Below, piece after piece: positions 1 through 10,205 of a stretch of 64,000 bases of DNA (position 1 is its first letter; every line of letters begins with the position of its first letter). The stretch is from assembly GCA_963737265.1 (NCBI GenBank), contig CAVTRY010000023.1, positions 256,001 to 320,000 on the forward strand, written 5' to 3'. The translations under genes were made by a program, and so were the position numbers. The DNA is from an uncultured delta proteobacterium (GTDB lineage: Bacteria > Myxococcota_A > Polyangia > Fen-1088). Below the pieces are notes generated by a model, which worked only from the letters and a program-made list of their open reading frames with translations, did no database searches and was not told the origin of the DNA.

Positions 1-955
1 TGTACTGCGACGCCTCGCTACGCTCGTCCTCGGCCAGATCGAGCGCGCCATCCCCGTCCCAGTCGGCGCCATCGAGGTCGGGGAAGGTCACCGTGAAGAC
101 GCCCGGTGAAGAGCTCGTCGCCCGACCACGGCCTTCCTTGTCCAGCTTGCCCGAAACGCTTCCGCCGTCGGGCGCCTTGATCTCGAACGCGAGGCCTTCC
201 TGGGGTTTCTGCTTCCTATCCACCACGTGGATCGTAAGCGCGGCCTTTTCCATCAGGACCCGCATTTGCGACGGGGTAATGGCCGGGCCCGTATCCTTCT
301 CCGGCGCGCGCTCGACCGGCACGCGGCGAAGAAGGATGAGACCGTCGGGTTCGCGGAACGTATTCCAGTCGCGCGTGAGCTGGTCGCGCGCCTTGACGAG
401 AAGCTCGGCCAATTCCGTCGACGTGCCCGGCTGCTTGGCCAACGCATCCAGGATCTGCTTCGCCTCGTCCTGGCGGACCACGTGGTAGTAGTTGCGCTCG
501 GGGAACTTCTCGAAGTCGATGTCGCGGATCAGCCGATAGTGCCGGCCCGACTCGGTCAGTTTCCCGCCCGTCTTGGCTTCGATCTCGCGAATCAGACGGC
601 GCTTCGCCACCGCGGGATCGACGGGCCGCGCCGCCAGCACGGCCGGGTCGACCTTCTTGATGGCGACCAAATCGCCGCGCCTTATGCCCTCCTTGATCAG
701 CTGGTTCACCTCCTGCTCGTCCAGGGACGACAGCGGGAAGCGCGACAGACGGGCGTCGTCGACGAAGCGCCGTATAGCCCATCGGTTCCTCGGCCACAGG
801 CGGCCATACTCCCACAGCGCGTGGAGGGGACTGAGAGCCTCGTATTCACCCTCGCGACACAGCCGACTGGCATCGAGCCTGCCGACCAAGATGACCTTGT
901 TCTCGAGTTGCCAAAAAGGCGAGATGCCAAGCGAGGGGCCAAACATCAAATCCAT
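1..955 (-). CDS. Hypothetical protein (partial, runs off window) with carboxypeptidase-regulatory-like beta domain, T6SS/eCIS-associated type
   Basis: Manually translated open frame from ATG at 955 (MDLMFGPSLGISPFWQLENK...) to window edge; contains LTIHVVDRKQKPQEGLAFEIKAPDGGSVSGKLDKEGRG...FTVTFPDLDGADW, resembling myxobacterial secretion-associated proteins; absent from the ORF track because no stop lies in the window. Confidence 0.6.
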   Translation of the reverse strand, partial: MDLMFGPSLGISPFWQLENKVILVGRLDASRLCREGEYEALSPLHALWEYGRLWPRNRWAIRRFVDDARLSRFPLSSLDEQEVNQLIKEGIRRGDLVAIKKVDPAVLAARPVDPAVAKRRLIREIEAKTGGKLTESGRHYRLIRDIDFEKFPERNYYHVVRQDEAKQILDALAKQPGTSTELAELLVKARDQLTRDWNTFREPDGLILLRRVPVERAPEKDTGPAITPSQMRVLMEKAALTIHVVDRKQKPQEGLAFEIKAPDGGSVSGKLDKEGRGRATSSSPGVFTVTFPDLDGADWDGDGALDLAEDERSEASQY

Positions 956-1319
956 GGCGCCATCCTATGCGTGATTCGAAGGGCGGGGCAATTCGGAGCC
1001 ACGACGGCACCTCCGAACGGGTAAATCGACGGGCCAAACGTACTTGCGTCACGAAAAATGTCAAGATGCAAAGTCCGAAAGGGTGGGTTGCCCGGGTCAC
1101 CGCGAGCCTGGGCGTGCACCTGTTGGTCGTACTTGCTCCAATGGAAGCTGCCCATCCGGCAGGCCAGCCTTTCGGTCGCCTCGCGCACATCGTCGGCGTA
1201 TCCCGCAGGAAGGCCCCAAGCCTCGTCAAGACGTCATCGGCAACGGCCTCGTTCCCAGCAAAGAGCAAATCTGGAAGGGTTCTCCTCAGCCTTGGGAATG
1301 TCCGTATGGCGCCATGGAG

Positions 1320-1416
1320 GCTGGTGTGCAAGAGCGGGGCACCATGGCGATGGTCATCTTCGGCAACATCATCACCAGTTTCTCCTGGTTCGGCGTGAAC
1401 AGGCTCGGCGTGGGCT
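1320..1416 (+). pseudogene. Fragment resembling C-terminus of cytochrome c biogenesis protein CcsA/ResC
   Basis: ERGTMAMVIFGNIITSFSWFGVNRLGVG resembles the CcsA terminal helix motif (..FGNIVT.wSWFGVN.LGVGLHSY); no flanking coding context. Confidence 0.5.
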
Positions 1417-1572
1417 GCGAGAAAGTCGCGTCTAGCCAGCCGGCCGGGGTGTTCCAATACCGACAATGAGTCCGTCACCAGCCGTTCCGCCGGAGACTCA
1501 CCGCTTCTGGCGACCGTCCGCGCGAATCGGCCATCTCTGTTCATGGGGCTGCGCCTGGAAGATCGCCGTCCC

Positions 1573-2199
1573 ATCACCGAGTTTCATGATGTGGACGTGC
1601 AGTCCCCAGAAGCGATGTGCAGGGGCAGACTTCGCCCGTTGGCCTATCTTCGCTCGAAGTTCTTGCAAACTGATGGTTGGCTTTATCATCCCGCTCTTGC
1701 CTCGCTTCATTGCTCCGATTGCCTCCGGCAGGATCCCTTTGCTCCACGGGCGTTACCCCGCTTCGTCGCTCATACGAACCCATCCGTCAGGCTCTCGCCT
1801 TCACCGCACTTCGCCTTCCGGCTCGCGCGGCTACCTTGCTTCCGTGGGCTTTCTCCACGGGGCGAGGAGCCCTTCCCTGTTTCCTCCCATGACCTTGAGC
1901 GCGTGCTGCCGTCCTTTACCCCGCCGGGCGGCGCCTCCGCAGATCGCATTCGGATTCGCCTGTTGCCTTCGCCGTTACCTAGCCAGCTCGGCACCCGGGG
2001 CTTTTCGATTTCGGGGCCTCGTCCGGACGTTCACTCGTCGTTGCGGCCCGCGCCCTTGCTCACCCCGCCAAGCGGGGCTTTGTCGGTGGGCTTCGCCGCC
2101 AGGATTTCCCTTCTCGGCGCCACCCAAGCTATGTGGCTTCGATCTTCTGCCACTTCAGGACTTTCACCTTATGGTTTCATGGGTACCTCCAGGCATCAC
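1573..2199 (-). mobile_element. 5' half of a group II intron (domains I-III plus first ~35 codons of RT ORF), truncated
   Basis: Minus strand has domain III-like motif GATGGGTTCGTA...AGCGACGAAGCGGGGTAACGCCCGTGGAGCAAAGGGATCC (~1731-1784) followed by MIKPTISLQELRAKIGQRAKSAPAHRFWGLHVHIMKL, a typical intron-encoded RT N-terminus; probable 5' end GTGATG at 2199; no YADD, no domain V/VI. Confidence 0.85.
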
Positions 2200-2217
2200 T
2201 AGGCGAATCGAAGGGGG

Positions 2218-2260
2218 TTTTTGAGCGTTGTAGGAACCAGTTTTTGAGCGTTGGAGAACC
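2218..2260. repeat. Imperfect tandem direct repeat TTTTTGAGCGTTG(TAG/GA)GAACC x2
   Basis: Copies at 2218-2238 and 2241-2260, between the IS91 remnant and the intron 5' end. Confidence 0.7.
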
Positions 2261-2393
2261 ATGCCGGCGCGCGCCAGGTGCGCCCTGATCGCGGCAGCGC
2301 CGCGCGCTTGACCCGGTTTCTGGGGCCCGACCGGGGCTTGCTCGCACGCGAAGGGCAGTCTGCTCCATCCCGACCTGTCGAGGTGCCGTCAGT

Positions 2394-2640
2394 TCAGCCA
2401 GTCTCCGCCCTCGCCACCAGATTGCGATGGTGGCGGCCGTGCGGGCCAGAGGTTGGGCGGCTCGGCGACGGGCGCGGCGCAGCCGCGTGGGGCAGGGGCA
2501 GGGTGGGTAGGCCTAAGGCTCCGAAGGAGCAGGGCAAGCCCATGGCAGAGAGAATCTTTTTGATGGTGTCCTCGGTCTCGATCATGGCGATGAGGCGCAG
2601 CGGGGTTTTGCAACGAGGGCAGACGGTGTCGATGGCTGCC
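2394..2640 (-). pseudogene. IS91-family transposase C-terminal remnant
   Basis: IDTVCPRCKTPLRLIAMIETEDTIKKILSAMGLP matches the C-terminal CPxC...IxxIL.hlGLP tail of IS91/Y2 transposases; rest missing. Confidence 0.7.
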
Positions 2641-2714
2641 GGCGCGAATAGACCGGGCCGTTGGACGCCGGCTGTGTGCGTGCCGTTGCCTCCACAAGGT
2701 GGAGTTGTCGACAA

Positions 2715-5700
2715 TCAGGTCACAGAAGTTGCAAGGCCTGTGCCGGTCGGATTCGAGTCGCCCACCCCGCGCGGGGGGTGCGTGCCCTCGACAAGCGCGC
2801 GCTTGCGCGCCGACAGGCGATCGAGCCACAGGTAGATGACGGGCGTCGTAAACAGGGTCACGAGCTGCGATAGCGCGAGCCCGCCCACCATGGCGATGCC
2901 GAGCGGGCGGCGCAGCTCGGAACCGGTGCCGCCGCCGATGGCGAGCGGCAGCGCGCCGAGCAGGGCGGCCATGGTGGTCATCAAGATTGGCCGAAATCGC
3001 AGCAGGCTCGCCTCGCGGATTGCCACCGCCGCGGTGGTGCCGCGCGCGCGCCGCGACTCGATGGCGAAGTCGACCAGGATGATGGCGTTCTTTTTCACGA
3101 TGCCGATGAGCAGGATGATGCCGATGAGCGCGATGATGCTGAACTCGGTCCGAAACGCCAGCAGAGCCAACAGCGCGCCCACGCCCGCCGACGGCAGCGT
3201 CGACAAAATGGTGATGGGATGGATCAGGCTTTCGTAGAGCATGCCCAGAATGAGATACACGGTCACCAGGGCGCCGAGAATGAGCCACGGCTGGCTGTCG
3301 GTCGAACCCTTGAAGGCTTGCGCGGTTCCCTGGAAGCTTCCGCGCAGGCCATCGGGATAGGCAAGTTGCCGCTCGGCCTTGTGGATGAGCTCGACCGCGG
3401 CGCCCAGGGCCGTGCCTTCGGCCAAATTGAACGAAAGGGTCGTCGCCGGGAACTGTCCCTGGTGGTTGATGGCCAGTGACGTGCTCCCCGGAGCGACGGT
3501 GGCGACTTCCGAAAGCGGCACTTGCGCCCCCGTGGGCGTGGAGACGTAGATGCGACGAAGCGCCTCGGGTCCGTTCTGCTGCGAGCGCGCCGCTTCGAGC
3601 ACCACGCGGTAGTAGTTGAGTTGGGTATACGAGACGGCGACCTGGCGTTGGCCGAAGGCATCGTAGAGCGCCTCGTCGACCGCCTGGGGCAAGATGCCGA
3701 AGCGAGAGGCATTCTCGCGGTTGAGCGTCACGCCGAGCTGCAGACCAGCGGTCTGCTGGTCGGTGTTCACGTCCTTGAGGCCGGGCAAGGTCCGCAACTT
3801 TTCGAGCACGCGCGGCGCCCACTGCTTGAGCTCGTCGAGGTTGGCATCTTGGAGCGTGTATTGGTATTGGGTGCGCGAGGATCGTCCGCCGAGGCGCAGA
3901 TCCTGGACGGATTGCAGGAACAAGCGAATGCCGGATAGACGGCCAATCTTGGGACGTAGGCGGGCGATGACCTCGTCGGCGGTGGACTTGCGCGCGGGCC
4001 GGTTCTTGAGCGCGATAAACAACGTGCCGGTGTTGCCGGTCGACGCGTTGGACGAGCCAATAAAGGAAACCGCATGTTCCACATCGGGATCGGCTGCAAC
4101 AAGGGCATTGACCTGTTCCTGGTAGGTCTTCATGCCAGGGAACGACACGTCCTGGCTGGCCTCGGTGGAGCCCATGAGCATGCCGGTGTCTTGTTGCGGG
4201 AACAGGCCCTTGGGCACGACCACGTAGAGCAGGACGGTGAAGGCCAACGTGGCGACGGTGAGCATGAGCGCCGCCACCTGGTGGCGCAGGATCCAGTCGA
4301 GGCAGCGGCCGTAGATGTTCTGCATGCCGGTGAAGCCTCGCTCGGACACGCGGGCGAAGCGGCTCGGCTGTTCATGCGTGGATCGGCGCAAAAAGCGTGA
4401 TGCCATGGTCGGCGTGAGCGTGAGCGAAACCACGGCCGAAACCACGATGGCGATGCTGAGGGTGACCGAGAATTCGCGAAACAGGCGCCCGACGATGCCG
4501 CCCATGAGCAGCAGCGGAATGAACACCGCGAGCAGAGACACCGTAATCGACACGATGGTGAAGCCGATTTCGCGCGCGCCCAGGAACGCGGCCTCGGCCG
4601 GCGCCATGCCCTGCTCCACGTGGCGCATGATATTTTCCACCACGACGATGGCGTCGTCGACGACGAAGCCGGTGGCGATGGTCAGCGCCATGAGCGAGAG
4701 ATTGTCGATGCTGTAGTCGAGCAGGTACATGACGGCAAAGGTGCCGGTGAGCGACAGCGGAATGGCCACGGCGGGAATCAAGGTGGCGCGCACGCGCCGC
4801 AGGAACAGAAGAACGACCAGCACGACCAAGGCGATGCTGATGAGCAAGGTGGCCTCCACGTCGCGCACCGACGCGCGGATGGTGCCGGCCCGATCGAGCG
4901 CGATCTGGATCTTGATGGCGGGCGAAATCGACGTGGCTAGGGTCGGCAGCAAGGCTTTGACCCGGTCGATGGTCTCGAGAATGTTGGCGCCGGGCTCGCG
5001 GCGAATGATGAGCACCACGGCGCGTTTGCCATCCACCCAGCCTGCCACACGATTGTTTTCCACATCGTCGAACACCGTGGCCACGTCGCGCAGGCGGACG
5101 GGAGCGCCACCGCTGTAGGCGACGATCAGGTCGCGAAAGGCCTCCGCGCCGAAGAGCTGATCGTTGGCGGATAGAACGAGCGTGCGTTGATTGTTGGTGA
5201 TGACGCCCTCGGGGCTGTTGACGGTGGATTGAGCAAGGGCGTTGCGCACGTCCACCATGCCGAGGCCGAGGCCCGCAAGTGCGTCGAGATCGACTTGCAC
5301 GCGCACGGCTGGCTGCTGGCCGCCGCCGACGAAAACCTGGCCGACGCCCTTCACCTGGGACACCTTCTGCGCCAAGATCGAATTCGCGGTGTCGAAGACC
5401 TGCGCCAGCGGCAGGGTGTCCGAGGTCAGCCCGACGATGAGCACGGGCGCGTCGGCGGGATTGACCTTGCGGTAGGTGGGCAGGCTCGGCAGGTTGGGCG
5501 GCAGCTCGCCGCCCGCGGCGTTGATAGCGGCTTGCACATCGCGCGCGGCGCCCGTGATGTCGCGACTCAAATCGAACTGAAGGGTGATGCTGGTGGCGCC
5601 GAGCGAGCTCGACGAGGTCATCTCGGTGAGACCGGCGATGCGACCGAAGCGGCGTTCGAGCGGCGTGGCCACCGAGCTGGCCATGGTTTCCGGACTGGCT

Positions 5701-5858
5701 CCCGGCAGCGCTGCCTGTACGTTGATGGTGGGAAAATCCACGCGCGGCAAGGGCGCCACCGCCAGGTTGCTGTACGCCGTGAGCCCGGCCAACACGAGCG
5801 CCACCGCCAGCAGCGACGTGGCGATGGGACGACGGAGAAAAGGCCCCGAGATGTTCAC
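2715..5858 (-). CDS. mdtC: RND multidrug efflux permease, MdtC-like
   Basis: GTG start overlapping mdtB stop; VNISGPFLRRPIAT, GFVVDDAIVVVENI, IGIVKKNAI, RFRPILMTT motifs. Confidence 0.9.
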   Translation of the reverse strand: MNISGPFLRRPIATSLLAVALVLAGLTAYSNLAVAPLPRVDFPTINVQAALPGASPETMASSVATPLERRFGRIAGLTEMTSSSSLGATSITLQFDLSRDITGAARDVQAAINAAGGELPPNLPSLPTYRKVNPADAPVLIVGLTSDTLPLAQVFDTANSILAQKVSQVKGVGQVFVGGGQQPAVRVQVDLDALAGLGLGMVDVRNALAQSTVNSPEGVITNNQRTLVLSANDQLFGAEAFRDLIVAYSGGAPVRLRDVATVFDDVENNRVAGWVDGKRAVVLIIRREPGANILETIDRVKALLPTLATSISPAIKIQIALDRAGTIRASVRDVEATLLISIALVVLVVLLFLRRVRATLIPAVAIPLSLTGTFAVMYLLDYSIDNLSLMALTIATGFVVDDAIVVVENIMRHVEQGMAPAEAAFLGAREIGFTIVSITVSLLAVFIPLLLMGGIVGRLFREFSVTLSIAIVVSAVVSLTLTPTMASRFLRRSTHEQPSRFARVSERGFTGMQNIYGRCLDWILRHQVAALMLTVATLAFTVLLYVVVPKGLFPQQDTGMLMGSTEASQDVSFPGMKTYQEQVNALVAADPDVEHAVSFIGSSNASTGNTGTLFIALKNRPARKSTADEVIARLRPKIGRLSGIRLFLQSVQDLRLGGRSSRTQYQYTLQDANLDELKQWAPRVLEKLRTLPGLKDVNTDQQTAGLQLGVTLNRENASRFGILPQAVDEALYDAFGQRQVAVSYTQLNYYRVVLEAARSQQNGPEALRRIYVSTPTGAQVPLSEVATVAPGSTSLAINHQGQFPATTLSFNLAEGTALGAAVELIHKAERQLAYPDGLRGSFQGTAQAFKGSTDSQPWLILGALVTVYLILGMLYESLIHPITILSTLPSAGVGALLALLAFRTEFSIIALIGIILLIGIVKKNAIILVDFAIESRRARGTTAAVAIREASLLRFRPILMTTMAALLGALPLAIGGGTGSELRRPLGIAMVGGLALSQLVTLFTTPVIYLWLDRLSARKRALVEGTHPPRGVGDSNPTGTGLATSVT

Positions 5859-8800
5859 GCCGAAGGTTCTCCGACGGCGGTTTGCGCCGGCACCACGACG
5901 GCCGGCTTGACGGCGGGCTTGGCTGACCGCCCGAGATGGCGCAGGCGGTCCATGGCCAGGTAGATGACAGGGGTGGTGTAAAGGGTCAGCACCTGCGAAA
6001 TGAGCAAACCGCCCACGATGGCGATGCCGAGCGGCCGGCGCAATTCTGCCCCAGTGCCCTGCCCGAGCGCCATGGGCAGGCCGCCGAGCAGGGCCGCCAT
6101 CGTCGTCATCATGATGGGCCGGAAACGCAGCAAGCAGGCCTGGTGGATGGCGCTTTCGGGATCGAGGCCCTTTTCGCGCTCGGCTTCGAGAGCGAAGTCG
6201 ATCATCATGATGGCGTTCTTCTTCACGATGCCGATGAGCAGGATGATGCCGATGAGCGCGATGATGCTGAACTCGATCCGGCAGATCATGAGCGCGAGCA
6301 AAGCGCCCACGCCGGCCGAGGGCAAGGTGCTCAAGATGGTGATGGGGTGGATGTAGCTTTCGTAAAGGATGCCGAGCACGATGTAGACGGTAATGAGCGC
6401 AGCGAGAATGAGAATGGGCTCGTTGGCCAGCGACTCGGAGAAGACCTTGGCCGTGCCCTGGAAAGACGGGTGCACGCTGGCCGGCAGATCGAGCGATTGC
6501 ATGGCGCCGTCGATGGCGGCAACGGCGTCGCCCAGCGCCGCCCCGGGCGCCAGGTTGAACGACAGCGTCGCGGCGGGAAACTGTCCCTGGTGGGCAATGG
6601 TCGGCGTGTGCGGCGACTGCTCGTAGTGCGCGATGGTGGCCAGCGAAACCGGATTGCCGGCGGCCGACCGTACGTAGATCGACCGCAAGCCATCCGGATC
6701 TTGCTGGAAGGACGGCGCGACTTCCATGATCACGCGATACAGGTTGAGTTGGGTGAAGATGATCGAGACCTGGCGCTGGCCGAAGGCATCGTAGAGCGTA
6801 TCGTCGAGGTTCTGCGCCGTGATGCCCAGGCTGGATGCCAGGTCGCGATCGATGACCAAGGAAAGGCCGAGGCCGGTCGATTGGCGGTCGCTGGCCACGT
6901 CGCGCAGCAAGGGTACGTCCTTCATGGCATTGAGCACGCGTGGCGCCCAGGTATCGAGCACCGTTGGATCGGCGTCCTCGAGAGTGAGCTGAAACTGGGT
7001 TCGGCTGGTGCGCGTATCGACCTGGAGGTCTTGGACCGACTGCAGATAGACCGCGATGCCGGACACCTCGCGCAGGCGCGGCGCCAAGCGAGCGATGATG
7101 GCATCGGCGTCCGACTTGCGCTGGTGGCGCGACTTGAGCGTGACAGACAAGCGTCCAACATTCAGGGTAGGGTTGGTGCCGTCGGCTCCGATGAATGAGG
7201 CCACCGCTTGCACGTCCGGATCGGCTCGAATCACATCGGCCGCTTGGCGCTGCAGATCCATCATGGCGGGAAAGGAGATCGAGGGTGACGCCTCGGTCAC
7301 GCCGACGATGAGTCCGGTGTCCTGTTGGGGAAAGAATCCCTTGGGAACGATCCAGGCCAAGAACACGGTCAGCCCCAAGGTCGCCACCGTGGCCGCCAGG
7401 GTGAAGCGCTTGTGGCGCAGCACCCAGATAAGCCCGCGGTCGTAGAAATGCACCATGGCGTTGAAGCCGCGCTCGAACGTCGCCGCCAGGCGGCCGGGCT
7501 TTTCGTGTGCCCGCAACAAGTGGCCGCCCATCATGGCGGTCAGGGTCAGCGAGAGAAAAGCAGAAATACCGATGGCGATGGCCAGGGTCACGGCGAATTC
7601 GCGAAACAGCCGCCCGACGATGCCGCCCATGAAAAGCAGAGGGATCAGCACCGCGATGAGCGACACGGTTAGCGAAATGATGGTGAAGCCGATTTGACGC
7701 GCGCCCTTGAGCGCGGCCTCGAACGGCGATTCGCCCTCCTCGATGTAGCGGGCGATGTTTTCGACCATCACGATGGCGTCGTCGACGACGAAGCCGGTGG
7801 CAATGGTGAGCGCCATGAGCGTCAGGTTGTTGAGGCTGTAGCCACATAGCTGCATGACGCCGAAGGTGGCGATGAGCGACAGCGGAACGGCCACGCCGGG
7901 AATGATGGTGGCGCGAAACGTGCGCAGAAAGAGGTACATCACCGCCACGACCAAAATGATGGTGATGATGAGGGTGAACTGCACGTCGTCGACCGAGGCG
8001 CGCACGGTTTCGGTGCGGTCGGAAAGAATGGCGATGTCGATGCCGCTCGGCATGGAGGCGCGTAGTTGGGGAAGAATGCCCTTCACGCGATCCGTGACCG
8101 CGATGAGGTTGGCGCCGGGTTGGCGCTGCACATTCATGATGACCGCGCGGTGGTCGTTGGCCCAGCCGGCAAGCTGCGCGTTTTCCACGTCGTCGAGCAC
8201 AGTGGCCACGTCGGACAGGCGGACCGGCGATCCGTTGCGGTAGGCGACGACGAGCGGCGCGTAGGCGGCGGGTTTTTCGATCTGGTCGTCGACGTTGATG
8301 GTGTAGTTCTGGCGCAAACCATCGAGCGTGCCCTTGGGCTGATTCACGTTGGCCGCGACCAGGATCGCCCGCACGTCCTCCAGGGTCAGGCCGCGGCCGG
8401 CCAAGGCTTCGGGATCGACGCGCACGCGCACCGCGGGCTTTACGCCACCGCCCAGCGTGACGAGCCCGACGCCCGCGACCTGCGACACCTTCTGCGCCAG
8501 GATCGAATCCACATAGTCGGCGACCTTGTTGAGAGGCAGGGTGTCCGAGCTGATGGCGAAGGTCAACACCGGCGTGTCGGCGGGATTGCTCTTGCTGTAG
8601 GTCGGCGGCGTGGGCAGATTGCGCGGCAACAGCGTCGAGGCCGCATTGATGGCCGCCTGCACGTCTTGCTCGGCCGAGTCGATGTCGCGGTCCAAATTGA
8701 ACTGCAACGTAATAAGCGAGGAATTGAGGCTGCTGACCGAGGTCAATTGACTGAGCGCCGGAATTTGCCCGAACTGTCGTTCGAGCGGCGTGGTGATGGA

Positions 8801-8983
8801 CGAAACCATGGTTTCGGCGCTGGCGCCGGGGAAGCTGGTGGTCACCACAATGGTCGGATAATCCACCTGTGGCAGGGCTGCGACCGGCAATTGCGTGTAG
8901 CCCACGAGGCCCGCCAGCAGCACGCCGATCATGAGCAGCGTGGTGGCGATGGGACGCCGGATGAAGGGTTCCGAAATGTTCAC
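5855..8983 (-). CDS. mdtB: RND multidrug efflux permease, MdtB-like
   Basis: VNISEPFIRRPIATTLLM, ALPQVDYPTI, GFVVDDAIVMVENI, RFRPIMMTT; paralog tandem with mdtC. Confidence 0.9.
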   Translation of the reverse strand: MNISEPFIRRPIATTLLMIGVLLAGLVGYTQLPVAALPQVDYPTIVVTTSFPGASAETMVSSITTPLERQFGQIPALSQLTSVSSLNSSLITLQFNLDRDIDSAEQDVQAAINAASTLLPRNLPTPPTYSKSNPADTPVLTFAISSDTLPLNKVADYVDSILAQKVSQVAGVGLVTLGGGVKPAVRVRVDPEALAGRGLTLEDVRAILVAANVNQPKGTLDGLRQNYTINVDDQIEKPAAYAPLVVAYRNGSPVRLSDVATVLDDVENAQLAGWANDHRAVIMNVQRQPGANLIAVTDRVKGILPQLRASMPSGIDIAILSDRTETVRASVDDVQFTLIITIILVVAVMYLFLRTFRATIIPGVAVPLSLIATFGVMQLCGYSLNNLTLMALTIATGFVVDDAIVMVENIARYIEEGESPFEAALKGARQIGFTIISLTVSLIAVLIPLLFMGGIVGRLFREFAVTLAIAIGISAFLSLTLTAMMGGHLLRAHEKPGRLAATFERGFNAMVHFYDRGLIWVLRHKRFTLAATVATLGLTVFLAWIVPKGFFPQQDTGLIVGVTEASPSISFPAMMDLQRQAADVIRADPDVQAVASFIGADGTNPTLNVGRLSVTLKSRHQRKSDADAIIARLAPRLREVSGIAVYLQSVQDLQVDTRTSRTQFQLTLEDADPTVLDTWAPRVLNAMKDVPLLRDVASDRQSTGLGLSLVIDRDLASSLGITAQNLDDTLYDAFGQRQVSIIFTQLNLYRVIMEVAPSFQQDPDGLRSIYVRSAAGNPVSLATIAHYEQSPHTPTIAHQGQFPAATLSFNLAPGAALGDAVAAIDGAMQSLDLPASVHPSFQGTAKVFSESLANEPILILAALITVYIVLGILYESYIHPITILSTLPSAGVGALLALMICRIEFSIIALIGIILLIGIVKKNAIMMIDFALEAEREKGLDPESAIHQACLLRFRPIMMTTMAALLGGLPMALGQGTGAELRRPLGIAIVGGLLISQVLTLYTTPVIYLAMDRLRHLGRSAKPAVKPAVVVPAQTAVGEPSA

Positions 8984-10182
8984 GGGTTCTTTGCCTCGCG
9001 CACGGCGCCGCCGCCCTTGCCCTTGCGTCCGCCCTGGTCTTTGTTCTCGCCCGGCTCGCGCGCTTCGACCAGGGCGCCCGGCTTGAGCTGGAACTGTCCC
9101 TCGGTGACCACGGTCTCGCCCGCGTTCACGCCGGTGCGAATGACGGCGAGCTTGGTGTCCGTGCTTTCCACTTCGATGGTCCGCGCCTTGACTGTTTTGT
9201 CCTCGCCCACGACATAGACGAAGGCGCCATCGGGGCCACGCTGCACCGCCACTGCGGGCATCACCAGCGCGTTCTTGCGCACGCCGAGGTACAGGCGCGA
9301 CTTTACGAACTGGTTGGGCCACAGAATGTGGCTGGGATTGGCGAAGATTGCCTTGAGGCGAACCATGGCGGTGGCGACGTTGATCTGGTTATCGATGACC
9401 TCCAGGGTGCCACTCGCCAGCACCTTGTCGCCGTCGCGCGATAGGGCCTCGACCACCGGTTTGCCGTCGGCCATCGCCTTCTGGATGCGCCCGAGCTCGT
9501 CCTGCGGCAGGGTAAAGATAACCGCGATGGGATCGATTTGCGTCACCACCACGATGCCGGCGGCCTCGGCGGCGTGCACGATGTTGCCGGGATCGACGAG
9601 GCGCACGCCGGTCACGCCGTCGATGGGCGAACGGATGTGTGCCCAGTCCAGCATCAGCTTGGCCTGGTCGATCTGCGCCTGGTCCAGCTTCACCGACCCT
9701 TTGAGCTGCCCCACCAGCACGCCCTGATCGTCCGCCTGTTGCTGCGCGATGAGCTTGTCCTTGGCCACGCGGGTGTAGCGGTCGAAATTGACCTTGCCGC
9801 CGCGCAGTTGCGCCTGGTCGCGCGCCAGGGCGCCCTCGGCCTGCTGAAGCTGGACCGCGAAAGGACGGGGATCGACGAGCGCGAGCAGCGCGCCTCGCTT
9901 GACGAATTCGCCCTCCTTGAAGCCAACGCTGTCCAAGCGACCATCGACCTGCGATCGCACGGTCACCGTCTTGTACGCGGTGACGGTGCCAAGACCGTCG
10001 AGGGTGACCGGCATGTCCTGGCGGACGACCTTGCTCGTGACCACGGGTACGGGACGTTTGTCTCCGCCGCCAGCGCGTGCGGCCTTGTCCTGACCGGCGC
10101 CTCCGCCACACGCCGCCAATAGCAAAGTCCCAAGCGCGAGCTCCATGCCGTGTGGCCGATTCCGGTAGCTGATAAGATTCAT
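8980..10182 (-). CDS. mdtA: RND periplasmic adaptor (MFP), MdtA-like lipoprotein
   Basis: Lipobox LLLAAC; GLGTVTAYKTVTVRSQVDG, IRSPIDGVTGVRLVDPGN, LWPNQFV; alternative start 10206. Confidence 0.9.
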   Translation of the reverse strand: MNLISYRNRPHGMELALGTLLLAACGGGAGQDKAARAGGGDKRPVPVVTSKVVRQDMPVTLDGLGTVTAYKTVTVRSQVDGRLDSVGFKEGEFVKRGALLALVDPRPFAVQLQQAEGALARDQAQLRGGKVNFDRYTRVAKDKLIAQQQADDQGVLVGQLKGSVKLDQAQIDQAKLMLDWAHIRSPIDGVTGVRLVDPGNIVHAAEAAGIVVVTQIDPIAVIFTLPQDELGRIQKAMADGKPVVEALSRDGDKVLASGTLEVIDNQINVATAMVRLKAIFANPSHILWPNQFVKSRLYLGVRKNALVMPAVAVQRGPDGAFVYVVGEDKTVKARTIEVESTDTKLAVIRTGVNAGETVVTEGQFQLKPGALVEAREPGENKDQGGRKGKGGGAVREAKNP

Positions 10183-10205
10183 CGTAATTCTCTTCGTCCT
10201 TTCCA

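Noticed and set aside
1498-1710. RT N-terminus as retron/DGR/defence RT
   Set aside because: Preceded by group II intron RNA domains and truncated after ~35 codons; no catalytic RT motifs remain
2715-7847. 1710-aa ORF as a giant RND fusion
   Set aside because: N-terminal ~660 aa is an off-frame shadow of mdtB; the real gene starts at GTG 5858
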